A stretch of DNA of 64,000 nucleotides from Macrostomum lignano (GCA_002269645.1 NIVC01001564.1:62001-126000), one strand, 5' to 3'. Positions 47,788 to 59,595 are shown, counted from the stretch's first letter. A program made the numbers and translations. The notes: generated from the letters alone by a model not told the origin.

Positions 47788-50700
47788 CTAGCAATCTTCG
47801 CCCCCCCGATGGGGGACATCTGGTTAGAATCCTTGTTCTTTACAAATAACAAATAGACAGCGAACTAAAGCCTTCAAAAAACAACAACAGACATTCCCTC
47901 TAAAAACAAAACATCCCAAGACAGCAAGCATCCTCAGACAGCATTCAAGCATCGATCCCAAAATAGCAAGCATCCCCCAGATCGCAAGCATCCCCCCCGA
48001 TAGCAAGCAACCCCAGATAGCAAGCATCCCCCAGACCCCAGATAGCAAGCATTCCCCCAGACCCCAGATAGTAAGCATCCCCCAGATAGCAAGCATCCCC
48101 CAGATCGCAAGCATCCCCCAGATCGCAAGCATCCCCCAGATAGCAAGCACCCCAAATAGTAAGCATCCACCATACAATAAGTAAAGTAGCTAGTGCTACA
48201 ATTTCCTTAGCTCTATAGTGGCTCCTTTAAAATTGGCATGACGCTTACTTTTACGTTTGAAATTGTGTAAATTTTATGTTTGACATGGTGGCTCTTTAAT
48301 GTTTGACATGGTGGCTTTTTAATGTTTGACATGGTGGCTCTTTAATGTTTGACATGGTGGCTCTTTTATGTTCTACATGGTGGCTCTCTTATGTTTGATT
48401 CAGGGTTTTTTTAATGTCTGACATGGTGTCTCTTTATTGTTTGACATGGTGGCGTTTTACTGTTTGACATTATGGCTCTTTAATTTTTGACATGGTGGCT
48501 CTTTTATGTTTGAAATGGTGGCTCTTTATGTTAGACATGGTGGCTCTTTAATGTTCGACATGGTGGCTCTTTAATGTTAGACATGATGGCTCTTTAATGT
48601 TTGACATTGCGGCTCTTTTAATGTTTGACATGGTGGCTCTTTTATGTTGGACATGGTGGCTCTTTTTTGCTTGACATGGTGGCTCTTTACTGTTTGACAT
48701 GGTGGCTCTTTAATGTTCGAAATGGTGGCTCTTTAATGTTTGACATGATGGCTCTTTTATGTTTGACATGGTGGCTCTTTTATGTTGGACATAGTGGTTC
48801 TTTAATGTTCGACATTGGTTGCTCTTTTATGTTCAAAAAGGTGGCTTTTTAATGTTAGACATGGTGGCTCTTTAATGTTCGACATGGTGGCTCTTTAATG
48901 TTAGACATGGTGGCTCTTTATTGTTCGACATGATGGCTCTTTAATGTTTGACATTGCGGCTCTTTAATGTTTGACATGGTGGCTCCTTTATGTTTGACAT
49001 GGTGGCTCTTTTTTGATTGACATGGTGGCTCCTTTATGTTTGACATGATGGCTCTTTTATGTTTGACATGGTGGCTCTTTAATGTTTTACGTGGTGGCTC
49101 TTTAATGTTCTTCATGGTAGCTCTTTTATGTTTGACATGGAGTCACGAATATACTTGACATGGTGACTCGTTATTGTTCGACATGGTGGCTCTTCTATGT
49201 TTGACATGGTAGCACTTTAATGTTTGACATGCTGGCTCTATAATGTTTGACATGGAGTCACATATATGTTGGACATGGTGGCTCTTTAATGTTCGACATG
49301 GTGGCTCTTTAATGTTTGACATGGTGGCTCTTCAATGTTTGACATGATGGCTCTTCAATGTTTGACATTGCGGCTCTTTAATGTTTGACATGGTGGCTCC
49401 TTTATGTTTGACATGGTGGCTGTTTTAAGTTTGACATGGTGGCTCTTTTTTGATTGACATGGTGGCTCCTTTATGTTTGACATGATGGCTCTTTTATATT
49501 TGACATGGTGGCTCTTTTATGTTTGACATGGTGGCTGTTTTATGTTTGACATGGTGGCTCTTCTATGTTTGACATGGTGGCTCTTTAATGTTCTACATGG
49601 TGGCTCTCTTATGTTTGATTCGGGTTTTTTTTAATGTCTGACATGGTGTCCCTTTATTGTTTGACATAGTGGCTCTTTTATGTTTGACATGATGGCTCTT
49701 TAATGTTCGACATGGTGGCTCTTTAATGTTTGACATGGTGGCTCTTTAATGTTTGACCTGGTGGCACCTTAATGTAATGATGGCTCTTTAATGTTTGAAA
49801 TGGTGGCTCTTTAATGTTCGACATGGTGGCTCCTTTATGTTTAACATGGTGCTCTTAAATGTTTGACATCGTGGCTCTTTAATGTTTGACATGGTGGCTC
49901 TCTAGTGTTTCACATGGAGTCACGTCTGTGTTTGACATGGAGTCACGTATATATTTGGCATGGAGTCACGTATATGCTTTTCATGGTGGCTCTTTTATGT
50001 TTGACATGGTGGGTCTTTAATGTTTGACATGGTGGCTCTTTAATTTTTGACATGATGGCTCTTTAATGTTCGACATGATGGCTGTTTAATGTTTGTTATG
50101 TAGTCATGTGTATATGTTTTACATGGTGGCTCTTTTATGTGTGACATGGAGTCACGTATATATTTGACATGGAGTCACATATATGTTTGACATGATGGCT
50201 CTTTTATGTTTGACATGGTGGCTCTTTTATGTTTGACATGGTGGCTGTTTTATGTTTGACATGGTGGCTCTTCTATGTTTGACATGGTGGCTCCTTAATG
50301 TTCTACATGGTGGCTCTCTTATGTTTGATTCGGGTTTTTTTTAATGTCTGACATGGTGTCCCTTTATTGTTTGACATAGTGGCTCTTTTATGTTTGACAT
50401 GATGGCTCTTTAATGTTCGACATGGTGGCTCTTTAATGTTTGACATGGTGGCTCTTTAATGTTTGACCTGGTGGCACCTTAATGTAATGATGGCTCTTTA
50501 ATGTTTGAAATGGTGGCTCTTTAATGTTCGACATGGTGGCTCCTTTATGTTTAACATGGTGCTCTTAAATGTTTGACATCGTGGCTCTTTAATGTTTGAC
50601 ATGGTGGCTCTCTAGTGTTTCACATGGAGTCACGTCTGTGTTTGACATGGAGTCACGTATATATTTGGCATGGAGTCACGTATATGCTTTTCATGGTGGC

Positions 50701-52604
50701 TCTTTTATGTTTGACATGGTGGGTCTTTAATGTTTGACATGGTGGCTCTTTAATTTTTGACATGATGGCTCTTTAATGTTCGACATGATGGCTGTTTAAT
50801 GTTTGTTATGTAGTCATGTGTATATGTTTTACATGGTGGCTCTTTTATGTGTGACATGGAGTCACGTATATATTTGACATGGAGTCACATATATGTTTGA
50901 CATGGTGGCTCTTTAGTGTTCGATATGGTGGCTGTTTAATGTTTGACATAGTGGCTATTTTATGTTTGACATAGTGGCTCTTTAATGTCTGACATGGTGG
51001 CTCTTTAATGTTTGACATGGTGGCTCTTTTATGTTCGACATGGTGGCTCTTTAATGTACGACATAATGGCTCGTTTATTTTCGACATGGTGGCTCTTTAG
51101 TGTTTGACATGGCTTTTTAATGTTTGACATGGTGGCTCTTTTATGCTTGACATGGTGGCTCTTTAACGTTCGACATGGTGGCTCTTTAATGTTTGACATG
51201 GTGGCTCTTTTATGCTTGACATGGTGGCTCTTTAATGTTTGACATAAAGTCACTTATACATGGTGTCTCTTAAATATTAGACATGGTGGCTCGTTTAGGT
51301 TTGACATGTTGGCTCTTTTATGTTTGACATGGTGGCTCTTTTATGTTCGACATGGTGGCTCTTTTTTGTTCTACATGGTAACTCTTTTATGTTTGATACG
51401 GTGGCTTTTTAATATCTGACATGGTGGCTCATCTATGTTTGACATTGTGGCTCTTCTGTGTTTGACATGGTGGCTGTTTAATGTTTGACATGGTGGCTCT
51501 TTAATGTACGACATAATGGCTCGTTTAAGTTGGACATGGTGGCTTTTTAATGTTTGACATGGTAGCTCTGTTATGTTCGACATGGTGGCTCTTTTAGGTT
51601 TGACATGGTGGCTCTTAAATGTTTCACATGGTGGCTCTTAAATGTCTTACATGGTGGCTCTTTTATGTTTGACAATGTGGCTGTTTAATGTTTTACATGG
51701 CGGCTCTTTTATGTTCGACATGGTGGCTCTTTAATGTTTGACATGCTAGCTCTTTAATGTTCGACATAGTGGCTCTTTTATGTTTGGCATGGTGGCTATT
51801 TAATGTTCTTCATGGTGGCTCTTTTACGTTTGACATGGTGGGTCTTTAATGTTCGACGTGGTGGCTCTTTAATTTTCGAAATGGTGACTCTTTTATGTTT
51901 CACATGGTGGCTCTTTAATGTTTGACATAGAGTGACGTATATGTTTTACATGGTGCCCATGTAATGTTTGACATGGTGCCTCTTTTATGTTTGACATTGT
52001 GCTTTTTTATGTTTAGCAGTTTCGTGTTTTCAAGGTGTTTTAATAAAAAAATCTTTTTGCAGCACTAAGATTGGAACCCAGGTCGCTGCATTAGCAGTCC
52101 AGTCTGTTCGCATCTATGCTATCTCTTTTCAATTGGCGAACATGATTTGTGGCCCTTATAATTCAATGCTTACAGCAAGTTGGTTAGAGTAAAAAGTTAT
52201 GACATAATCAATTTCTTAGTCAGCCAGTATCAGTGTCAATTTAAGTTAGCAATATTGTTACGCAATTTCAATCAAGTTGTGTGTGCATTTCTTTGGCACT
52301 GTTTTCAACTTGTTGTGATGCAATATTTATCAGAATTGAAATTCAGTCAGTCAGTTTTTTCTCTAGCATTCTTACAATGCATTTCAGATCGAAAGAGCCG
52401 CTTGACCTTTGCGAAAAAGCCTGTTTTTCGAATATTTAATCCCTTTAATATTGAGCAATTTTTTAGCCAAGATGCATGTACCGTCCCAGGAAAATTTCTG
52501 ATCGAATGGTGCAAGTTTGAAGAAAATCGGTTGAGCCATTTTTTCTGAAATCTATCGCATACCTACCCACATACATACAGACAACTCATTTTTAGTATAT
52601 AGGA
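47788..52604 (-). mobile_element. Non-autonomous Helitron, unit 2 (head-to-tail with unit 1)
   Basis: A|TCCTATATAC 5' end at 52604; same hairpin and CTAG at 47788; CTAG|TC junction with unit 1; ~710-bp internal duplication (49621 vs 50331). Confidence 0.85.
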
Positions 52605-52638
52605 TATATAGGATAGTTAGAGAGCTGAGATGAGCTAC

Positions 52639-54792
52639 CTAAGGTTCGTTGCAAAAGTCATAAGGGAGCAGCGCCTTTTCATCACCACTTGCACGTCCAC
52701 GTCCACCTCCGCGTCCTCGTCCACCTCGGCGTCCACCTCCGCGTCCTCGTCCACCTCGGCGTCCACGTCCACCTCCACGCCCACATCCGAGTCCACTCGT
52801 TGCAGTATCAGGAGCTGGCGCCTCCGGCAGCATCAGCGGCGCCCACACTTTCATCTCGTGGCATGGGCAGGCTACTGCTGTACCAGGGCACATGCAGGAC
52901 AGCTGACGGTAAGTGATCGGCCCACCATCAGTCCTTGAGACGTCGTGCATCGACTTCGAGCCTGGCATGCCGCAGAGGTCCTCACCTACGAAGGTGATGA
53001 TGCTTGTGAAATAGTTCATGTCCTCTGGCTGAACCAACCATGTGAGTATGTGCAGAGGGCTACCCGATCTGACGGCTTCCATAACATCCTGAGGTGTTAC
53101 AACGTCCTGCCGGCTAGCCACGACTTCATCGCAGCGGCGTTTGATAGCCGCTCCAACTCCATCCGCAGCACCCTTGCCGTGTCCGGCCTCTGTGTAGATC
53201 CAACGCCAGCTTGACACCCTCATGATCTTCATCAGGCGGTCGAATAAGAAAACCATCTTGCGATTTCTATACTGGCTGGATGGCGAATCAGAGACGATGA
53301 CGATCTGGTCCAGTTGGCTAAAGGCGTCCTTATCGACATCGTGCTTCTCCTTAAAGTGGCGAAGGACTGGTTGTAGATGAGCGGCGATGGCCTCCGCCGT
53401 CTTACTCCTCTCTCCTGATACCGTTGCGAATGAGCAAGGTTGATGTCCAGCCATGTAGGCCACGCCTTGATGAAGCACCACCTGATCCTTGTCGCCAAAG
53501 TGCGCCGCCTGTACCTCTTTGTGGTACTTCGCCGTATAGTTTTCGGAGAAGTCTATGTGCAACAGGAGCTGTCCCGGCTGCAGAGTATCCTTAACCTGGC
53601 GGATTGCACGATACTGGTTCCGCATCCGCATAAAGTGGCCCGCAAAGTCGACTAGTTGCACCATCAGCATGCTGATAGCCGTCTTGCATGATGCCGTCTC
53701 TTTGACCACATCCAAGCCGCTGCGTCCATCTGTCCGAGGCTTCCAAACGCGGTACACAACCTGTGGCTCAGCCTCAGCTGTCTCCGTGACTACAAATGAC
53801 TTGCGACGGCACTCGTCGCATTTGCGCAGCAGGCAGTCAGCGTATTCCATGTCGCAGACCATTTCATTCAACACTTTAGTAATGTGGTGGCTGTGAAGAA
53901 GTCCAGCAATGTGCATGCCTTTGATTAAGGACTCCGTGTTAGTGCACTTTATGCACATACACATGTCTCGGTCACACAGACGAGCCCTCTTGACATACCA
54001 TGGCTTCCAGCGGTTAAATGTTGCCCGGCTGATCTTCACACCAGGATACTCCCAAAGGAACTTTGCATGGAGCAGGGAGACTGAGCTCAGGAGATAACGC
54101 TTCTGCTTTGTCTCCTTCTCCTCGCCAAATCTCTTGGAGATGCAATCCTTCCGGGAGGAGGTGGCCCGCGAGTTTTCGTCCTGGCAAAAGTACTCCTGGA
54201 CGACGCTCACAAGCAGATTTATCTTCGGCGCTCTCGGCTGCTTCAAGATCTTCGCGGAGGCGCCAAAGAAGGCCATGACGGCCTTCCGTCCTGCCTCGTG
54301 GGCGTTTAGACAGGCAGCCTTGATTACTCGCCGGGTGTTATTGAACCGTCTGACTGACTGCAGCGCTCTCTTCACATGGCTAGCTATGTTGGTGAAAGTC
54401 TGAAGCCGGCAACTTTTTGCCGCCAATTCCTTATTCGCGCGGTGAAGTTTCACTCGCAGGCAGGTTTTGCTTGTCTTGCGCTGCTTGGCAGCAGTCTCAA
54501 GCAGGTGCACCCTGGCCTTTAGCTTGGCATTCTCCCGCTTGAACGCCGCTGCCGATCTTGCCAAGGATCGCTGGGGGATCTCTGCCGAAGTGCTGGACCC
54601 TGCCTTGTCCTTGCGATTGCCTTTGTCCCTATACTTCTGCTGTTGCCGCCGCATGTGCTCTAGGTAGCTACTGTGGGAGCCAAAATTTGTTTTAATATAT
54701 TTTTTCCTCTTTTCACGCCGCTTTTGTCGTTCAGTCGGCTTGAACGGCATTGCTTGAAACAGATGGTGGGAATTTTTGTGTTTTGCAGTCAT
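52639..54792 (-). CDS. Sola2-type DDD transposase, ~717 aa, uninterrupted, with Gly/Arg-rich tail
   Basis: CMCIKC and CLLRKCDEC Cys motifs, HIDFSENY, VSDSPSSQYRN, HGKGAADGVGAAIKR; first ATG 54792 (the track start is TTG). Confidence 0.85.
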   Translation of the reverse strand: MTAKHKNSHHLFQAMPFKPTERQKRREKRKKYIKTNFGSHSSYLEHMRRQQQKYRDKGNRKDKAGSSTSAEIPQRSLARSAAAFKRENAKLKARVHLLETAAKQRKTSKTCLRVKLHRANKELAAKSCRLQTFTNIASHVKRALQSVRRFNNTRRVIKAACLNAHEAGRKAVMAFFGASAKILKQPRAPKINLLVSVVQEYFCQDENSRATSSRKDCISKRFGEEKETKQKRYLLSSVSLLHAKFLWEYPGVKISRATFNRWKPWYVKRARLCDRDMCMCIKCTNTESLIKGMHIAGLLHSHHITKVLNEMVCDMEYADCLLRKCDECRRKSFVVTETAEAEPQVVYRVWKPRTDGRSGLDVVKETASCKTAISMLMVQLVDFAGHFMRMRNQYRAIRQVKDTLQPGQLLLHIDFSENYTAKYHKEVQAAHFGDKDQVVLHQGVAYMAGHQPCSFATVSGERSKTAEAIAAHLQPVLRHFKEKHDVDKDAFSQLDQIVIVSDSPSSQYRNRKMVFLFDRLMKIMRVSSWRWIYTEAGHGKGAADGVGAAIKRRCDEVVASRQDVVTPQDVMEAVRSGSPLHILTWLVQPEDMNYFTSIITFVGEDLCGMPGSKSMHDVSRTDGGPITYRQLSCMCPGTAVACPCHEMKVWAPLMLPEAPAPDTATSGLGCGRGGGRGRRGGRGRGGGRRGGRGRGGGRGRASGDEKALLPYDFCNEP

Positions 54793-55324
54793 TTCAAGCA
54801 ATTACAGCTGCAGTCTAATTTGGACAATCATGTGATTGGGAATCACTTAGATGTTACTAGGGGCAACAAACCCAGCAATGTCACTATTAGATGCCTCAAC
54901 TGCCAGTAGGACCTAGTGGAAAAGCTTCAAAAATGATATCCAAATTTTGCAGTCTATTTTGTGCTAAATCTGCATAGAGTCTAAACTGTATCTTTCATTT
55001 AAATAATGCCAATAGCTACTTGCTTATTGGGACACAAAATTCAGGATTTTTTGCAAGAAACTGTACATTTCAAAGTAAAATTTTCCAAATGGCCAAAACT
55101 TTTTTTGATGGACCAATTTCTACAAATAAAGCCACTTGATTCATATTCTTTCAGTCATTGAGATCTAATATCTAATTTAAAACATCAATTTTAATTTCAA
55201 GTTTAAAATGCTACTGAATCCCTTACTCATAAATTACAGTTTGTATGTATTGCCTGGTTTCTAAATTGTTAACATATTTTGTGTGGCTTATATGCAATAT
55301 TTTCTTTTAAAAAATTAATGCTCC

Positions 55325-55683
55325 TACACAACACCTAGTAAAACATTCTCCAAAAAATTCAGCCCAATCAGTTCTTTCAGTGACCCATGATGGCAGTCCC
55401 AATGGTTTGACATATGCAAAAGTGCATGTTTTTTCAGATGTTTTACTTAATTGTGGGGCTCAGAGGCAATGTATTTAAAAATGCAAAAAATGCTCCCATA
55501 AGACACCTAGTCTAACACTCTCCAAAAAATTCGGCCCAATCAGTTCTTTCAGTGACCCATGATGGCAGTCCCAACGTTTTGACACATGCAAAAGTGCATG
55601 TTTTTCAGATGCTCTGCTTAATTGTGGGGCTCAGAGGCAATGTATTTAAAAAAGCACAAAAATGCTCCTGTAAGACACCCAGT
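55325..55683. repeat. ~171-bp tandem duplication in the 5' region of the Sola2 element
   Basis: CCCAATCAGTTCTTTCAGTGACCCATGATGGCAGTCCC at about 55363 and 55534. Confidence 0.9.
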
Positions 55684-56350
55684 TCTCCACTTTACTCCTT
55701 TTTTTGGTCATTATCTTATTCCAGTGTTGCAAAACTGTGGTCCCAACGTTTATTGGCTTGTGTCTGTCTTAGTAGCAATTAATTGTATAAAAAAATATTG
55801 CAACAACTGTGGTGCACTAATCCATATAAAAACATCACAAATACAAAGATCACATTATAAGGCACAAAAAAACGCCAAAAGACGCCATATGCATTGCTTT
55901 CACCTAAAAAACTAGCAATATATTTGTACAATTCAACTGCTAGTAACTAGAACAGTGATGCGTTTAAGTGATGAAAGATTGTGTTTAAGTCAAGGAACAA
56001 ATCACTAAGCAGTCATTCTTTAATAAGAAGCAAATTCTAATGTTCTTTTCTTCCTTCCTGTGCAAAATAGTTTATTTCTGATGTTTCTTTCCCATTGAAT
56101 TTTTTCACAAAACATGACACCGTCTTAGCGTTACATCGAAGAAATGGAAATATTAAATTGATAAAATGACTCAGTAGTCAGTTGCTTTGACAACCGTACC
56201 AATTTCACTGTTTCGAATGATAAATAAAGTACTTTTCTTTCAACAGCTACGTTTACCCTGTTGCTTGTTTTGCATGAAAGGCTGGTTCAGGGTCGAAAAT
56301 TTTTTTTCTTGTTTTATCGCGTAATTCCTGATTTTGAGAACGACCCTGGG

Positions 56351-56681
56351 ACGGTTGGACGGTCAACTCGGGCTACTGGGTCGTGAGTCACAACGTAGCT
56401 TAGCGTCTTAACACTTAATAACAGCATTCATTAGCATTAAATTTTAGCATTAGAGCCTTAGGATTATCCAATTCAGTATTCTATTTCATTAGATCATTGG
56501 TGTTAATAAAAGCGCCCAACTAAGTAGTCACAGTTGCAGTCAGTCGTTCGGGTGCTCGCTTAATATAAGCATATTGAACTTAACTACTTAGTCTTAACTT
56601 ATTATTGCTCACTTCGATTTCAAATCTGATTGCCATACTTGTTATCGACTTTATTATTTTTAGACAAAATAATTGGCGACC
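56351..56681 (+). mobile_element. Possible LTR remnant (with 41615-41661) that was the Sola2 target
   Basis: AATAAA near 56505, ...AGACA at 56666 followed by PBS-like TGGCGACC 56674-56681. Weak. Confidence 0.3.
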
Positions 56682-57252
56682 ACACCTAGTTTTCTATATC
56701 CTACTACACAGTACACATACGAGCCCAATATTTTGAAAATTCAAACAAGACTCAAACCAAACCTCTTTCTTTACAGTAAGACCGGTCGTTTTTTCTTGTA
56801 AAACGCCACAACCGTTAAAATATCGCCTTTTTAATACAAAACAACAAACAAGAATGTTTTTCAATTAAAAATTGCTTTAATTTGCAGTGCACATGTATAC
56901 GTACATTCGCTAGTTCTACATGTTACATTTCCTTAGCAGATCACTACGCTACTATGAAGAAAAAGTAAAGAAAATAAGGTTACAAGTATGTCACTACTAT
57001 AACTCGTGTTTATTAGAACGCGGCTTCCCTTCTACATGTACAGTATATATAGGAAGTAGATATACACATAAATACTTAATTAATATTTTTTGGCTTGTAT
57101 ATACATGTATATGTAATCAGTTGTAAATATCGTGATCTGATAATAGCCGTATAAACGAAAAAACAAATTGGTCCAGCTCAGTGCCAGCGCAGGCCGTCTA
57201 TAGAAAAGAATTGAACGAAAGACATGAAAACATCTACATTATTCGTTGTTCT

Positions 57253-58755
57253 TCAAATCTCAGAAACCCTTTTTGCAGCCACAGCAGCCACCGCCTCTTT
57301 CAGCGCTTCGTCCGATAGCAGCCGCCAGTCGCCGCAGTCCAGCAGCCAACGGCAAGCGGTGATGTGCCCGACCGACAGAAGCGGCAGCAGCCGCGCCGCC
57401 TCCACAGCGTCTGCTGGACAGCGGGCCGTCAGCGCGTCGCTAAACGCCTCCGCCATCGCTGCCGTCTCCAAGGACGCCCCCAGCGAGTCCCCGCAGAGGT
57501 CGGCGTCCCATCCGGTCACCGCGGCCGGGCCCTCTCTGATGCAGCTCGCCGCCGCGCAGTCGTCGCCGACGTCGAGTCGCGACTGCCAGCCGTCGTCGTC
57601 ACCCGCGTCGTCGTCGTCGGCGTGGAGGGCACGGAGCTGCCCGGTGCGCCGCAGCCACCGCGCCACGCGCCAAGCGCCGCTGCGCACAACGTCGGCCGCG
57701 TCAACGTCGCAGGCGCCCTCCCGCGGTAGCCGCAGCTCCACCGCTAACAGCGACAGCAGGCGAACCGCAGCGAGCGAGTCCAACCGAGCCGCTGCCTGCA
57801 CCGGCGTCCGCCAGCCGCCGTCCGGCATCGTCAGGGCGGCCCGCAGCCCCGACACCGACGCCCTGCCGTCTCGCAGCAGCCGCAGTAGCCGGGCGACCAC
57901 CGCCGCAGCCACCGACGGCTCGGCGGCAGCGCAGTAGTGCAGCAGGTTGCGTCCTCCGCTGTCGTAGTGCCGGTGCGCCTGCGACGGATCCAGCGACAGC
58001 AGCCGCTCGGCGAGGTCGGCGCGGCCTCTCAGAACCGACAGCATCAGCGCCGACTGCAGGGCGCCGTTCCGCAGCTCCGTCACGGGGAGGCGGAGCCGCT
58101 CGCTCGGGATGGGGTGCCGCGAGTCAGCTGTTTCCATGGCAACCGGTGTTGATGAGGCTGTTTCCATAGCAACCGGTTCTGCTGAGACTGTTTCCATTTC
58201 AACCGGTTCTGCTGAGGCTGTTTCCATAGCAACCGGGTCTTCTGTTGGTGCTGTTTCCTTAGCTACCCGATCTGTTGGCGTCGTTTCATTAATAGCATTC
58301 GAAGCCGGATCTGTTGTTGCTGTTTTCGTGGCAACCAAATGATGTGTTGATTCTGTTTTCATGGCAATTGGCTGTGTTGTTGCTGTTTCCTCAGCAACCG
58401 GATTTCTTACAAAAGTTTCAATGGCAACGAAGCCTTTAGACATTGTTTCCCCTGCAACTGGGACTGTTGAAATGGAATTCACGGGGGCAGCTTCCATTTG
58501 AAGTGACACAAATCGTTTAGACTTGAGACGTGGCGTAGCATTTGATGCGCTCGAAGACTTTCTCTTCGATCTGATTGCATTGTTGCTTTGCTGCTGTTGC
58601 TGAAAGTCAAAAGCTTTCGAAGCACCTTCGGTGGTTAGTCGATGCTGAATCCTGAGTGCTCGAGTTTTCTTCAACTCTGCAACATCGTCGATGACCTTGA
58701 GTACTCCGACTCCCATGCTTGTTTCAGAATTTTTAGCAATTTTAGAATCCAGCAA
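57253..58755 (-). CDS. Ankyrin-repeat protein with N-terminal VAMET repeats (large exon; start uncertain, ATG 58716 or an upstream exon)
   Basis: QSALMLSVLRG...LAERLL, GRNLLHYCA and RTPVQAAAR ankyrin-like motifs; 500-codon open frame with GC-rich coding bias. Confidence 0.75.
   Translation of the reverse strand: MLDSKIAKNSETSMGVGVLKVIDDVAELKKTRALRIQHRLTTEGASKAFDFQQQQQSNNAIRSKRKSSSASNATPRLKSKRFVSLQMEAAPVNSISTVPVAGETMSKGFVAIETFVRNPVAEETATTQPIAMKTESTHHLVATKTATTDPASNAINETTPTDRVAKETAPTEDPVAMETASAEPVEMETVSAEPVAMETASSTPVAMETADSRHPIPSERLRLPVTELRNGALQSALMLSVLRGRADLAERLLSLDPSQAHRHYDSGGRNLLHYCAAAEPSVAAAVVARLLRLLRDGRASVSGLRAALTMPDGGWRTPVQAAARLDSLAAVRLLSLLAVELRLPREGACDVDAADVVRSGAWRVARWLRRTGQLRALHADDDDAGDDDGWQSRLDVGDDCAAASCIREGPAAVTGWDADLCGDSLGASLETAAMAEAFSDALTARCPADAVEAARLLPLLSVGHITACRWLLDCGDWRLLSDEALKEAVAAVAAKRVSEI
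58130..58458. promoter_or_regulatory. Phased array of ~11 RFX X-box-like motifs inside coding sequence
   Basis: GTTTCCATGGCAAC 58130, GTTTCCATAGCAAC 58160 and 58220, plus weaker copies at 58190, 58253, 58322, 58355, 58385, 58415, 58445. Confidence 0.5.
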
Positions 58756-59334
58756 TTTTATCAGTGTCTTCGTTTAAGGAGTGCTGATTGCGTTCTTTTG
58801 ATGCGAGTATTTATACATTCAAGGTCGATGTAATAATGCAAAAAGAAAGAATCCAGTTTAGTCAGCAGCCAGTTTGGAAAATTCTTTGCCACGGAATTTC
58901 CGTGGTTATTTTCTCTCATTTTTTGAACGCGCACAACTACGAGTACGTTTATTTGCGTATGAGTGTCGTTTGATACTCGTACATGTATGCTATTTTTAGC
59001 TGCTGTACATTATTGCAGGGAATCCATTTTTAGACCTGCAAAGCGGCTGACTAATGTGTTGCGAGCTCTGAGTGATAGCTCGCACTAAATTGCACCTAAT
59101 TTTGGGGGTCAATAAGTTTTTTTTAATTTTATTTCAGACACAACTAATTGCAAAATCATGTAATTTGAAGAAAAAATTACCTAATTGATATAATAATTTA
59201 TATTCCACTTACATTACAGGAAATCACCTAGTTAGTTGCATATAGATGCTTGTACACCAAGAAGTGAATAATAATTTGTGCCCGCAAAATATTCTACACG
59301 AAAAATCTCAAGGCAATCTCAATAAATCAATTGA

Positions 59335-59595
59335 CTTCAGAAGTCACCGGCAATCATCCAGTAAATTCACAAATCAGTGCCAATCATCCAGTGACTTCAC
59401 AAGTCAGTGCCAATCATCCAGTGACTTCACAAATCAGCGGATACTGGCAATCATCAAGTGACTTTTCAAGTCACCGGCAATCATCAAGTGACTTTTCAAG
59501 TCACCGGCAATCATCAAGTGACTTTTCAAGTCACCGGCAATCATCAAGTGACTTTTCAAGTCACCGGCAATCATCAAGTGACTTTTCAGATCACT
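59335..59595. repeat. 30-nt minisatellite with internal AAGTCAC/GTGACTT palindrome
   Basis: Visible contiguous units with no unique spacers. Confidence 0.93.

Larger units (their letters stand above)
41662..56346 (-). mobile_element. Full-length Sola2-type DNA transposon, 14,685 bp including nested insertions
   Basis: Perfect 20-bp TIR GGGTCGTTCTCAAAATCAGG (41662-41681; reverse complement at 56327-56346); 4-bp TSD TGGG (41658-41661, 56347-56350); encloses an intact DDD transposase. Confidence 0.85.

Noticed and set aside
52639-54801. Transposase as the autonomous partner of the adjacent Helitrons
   Set aside because: No HUH-Rep or PIF1 helicase motifs; it is a DDD transposase with its own TIRs.
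54853-54867. Single X-box-like GTTACTAGGGGCAAC upstream of the Sola2 transposase
   Set aside because: One degenerate match is expected by chance in 64 kb.
57224-57937. 237-aa plus-strand ORF and other antisense ORFs over GC-rich exons
   Set aside because: Shadow ORFs of GC-rich coding sequence on the opposite strand.
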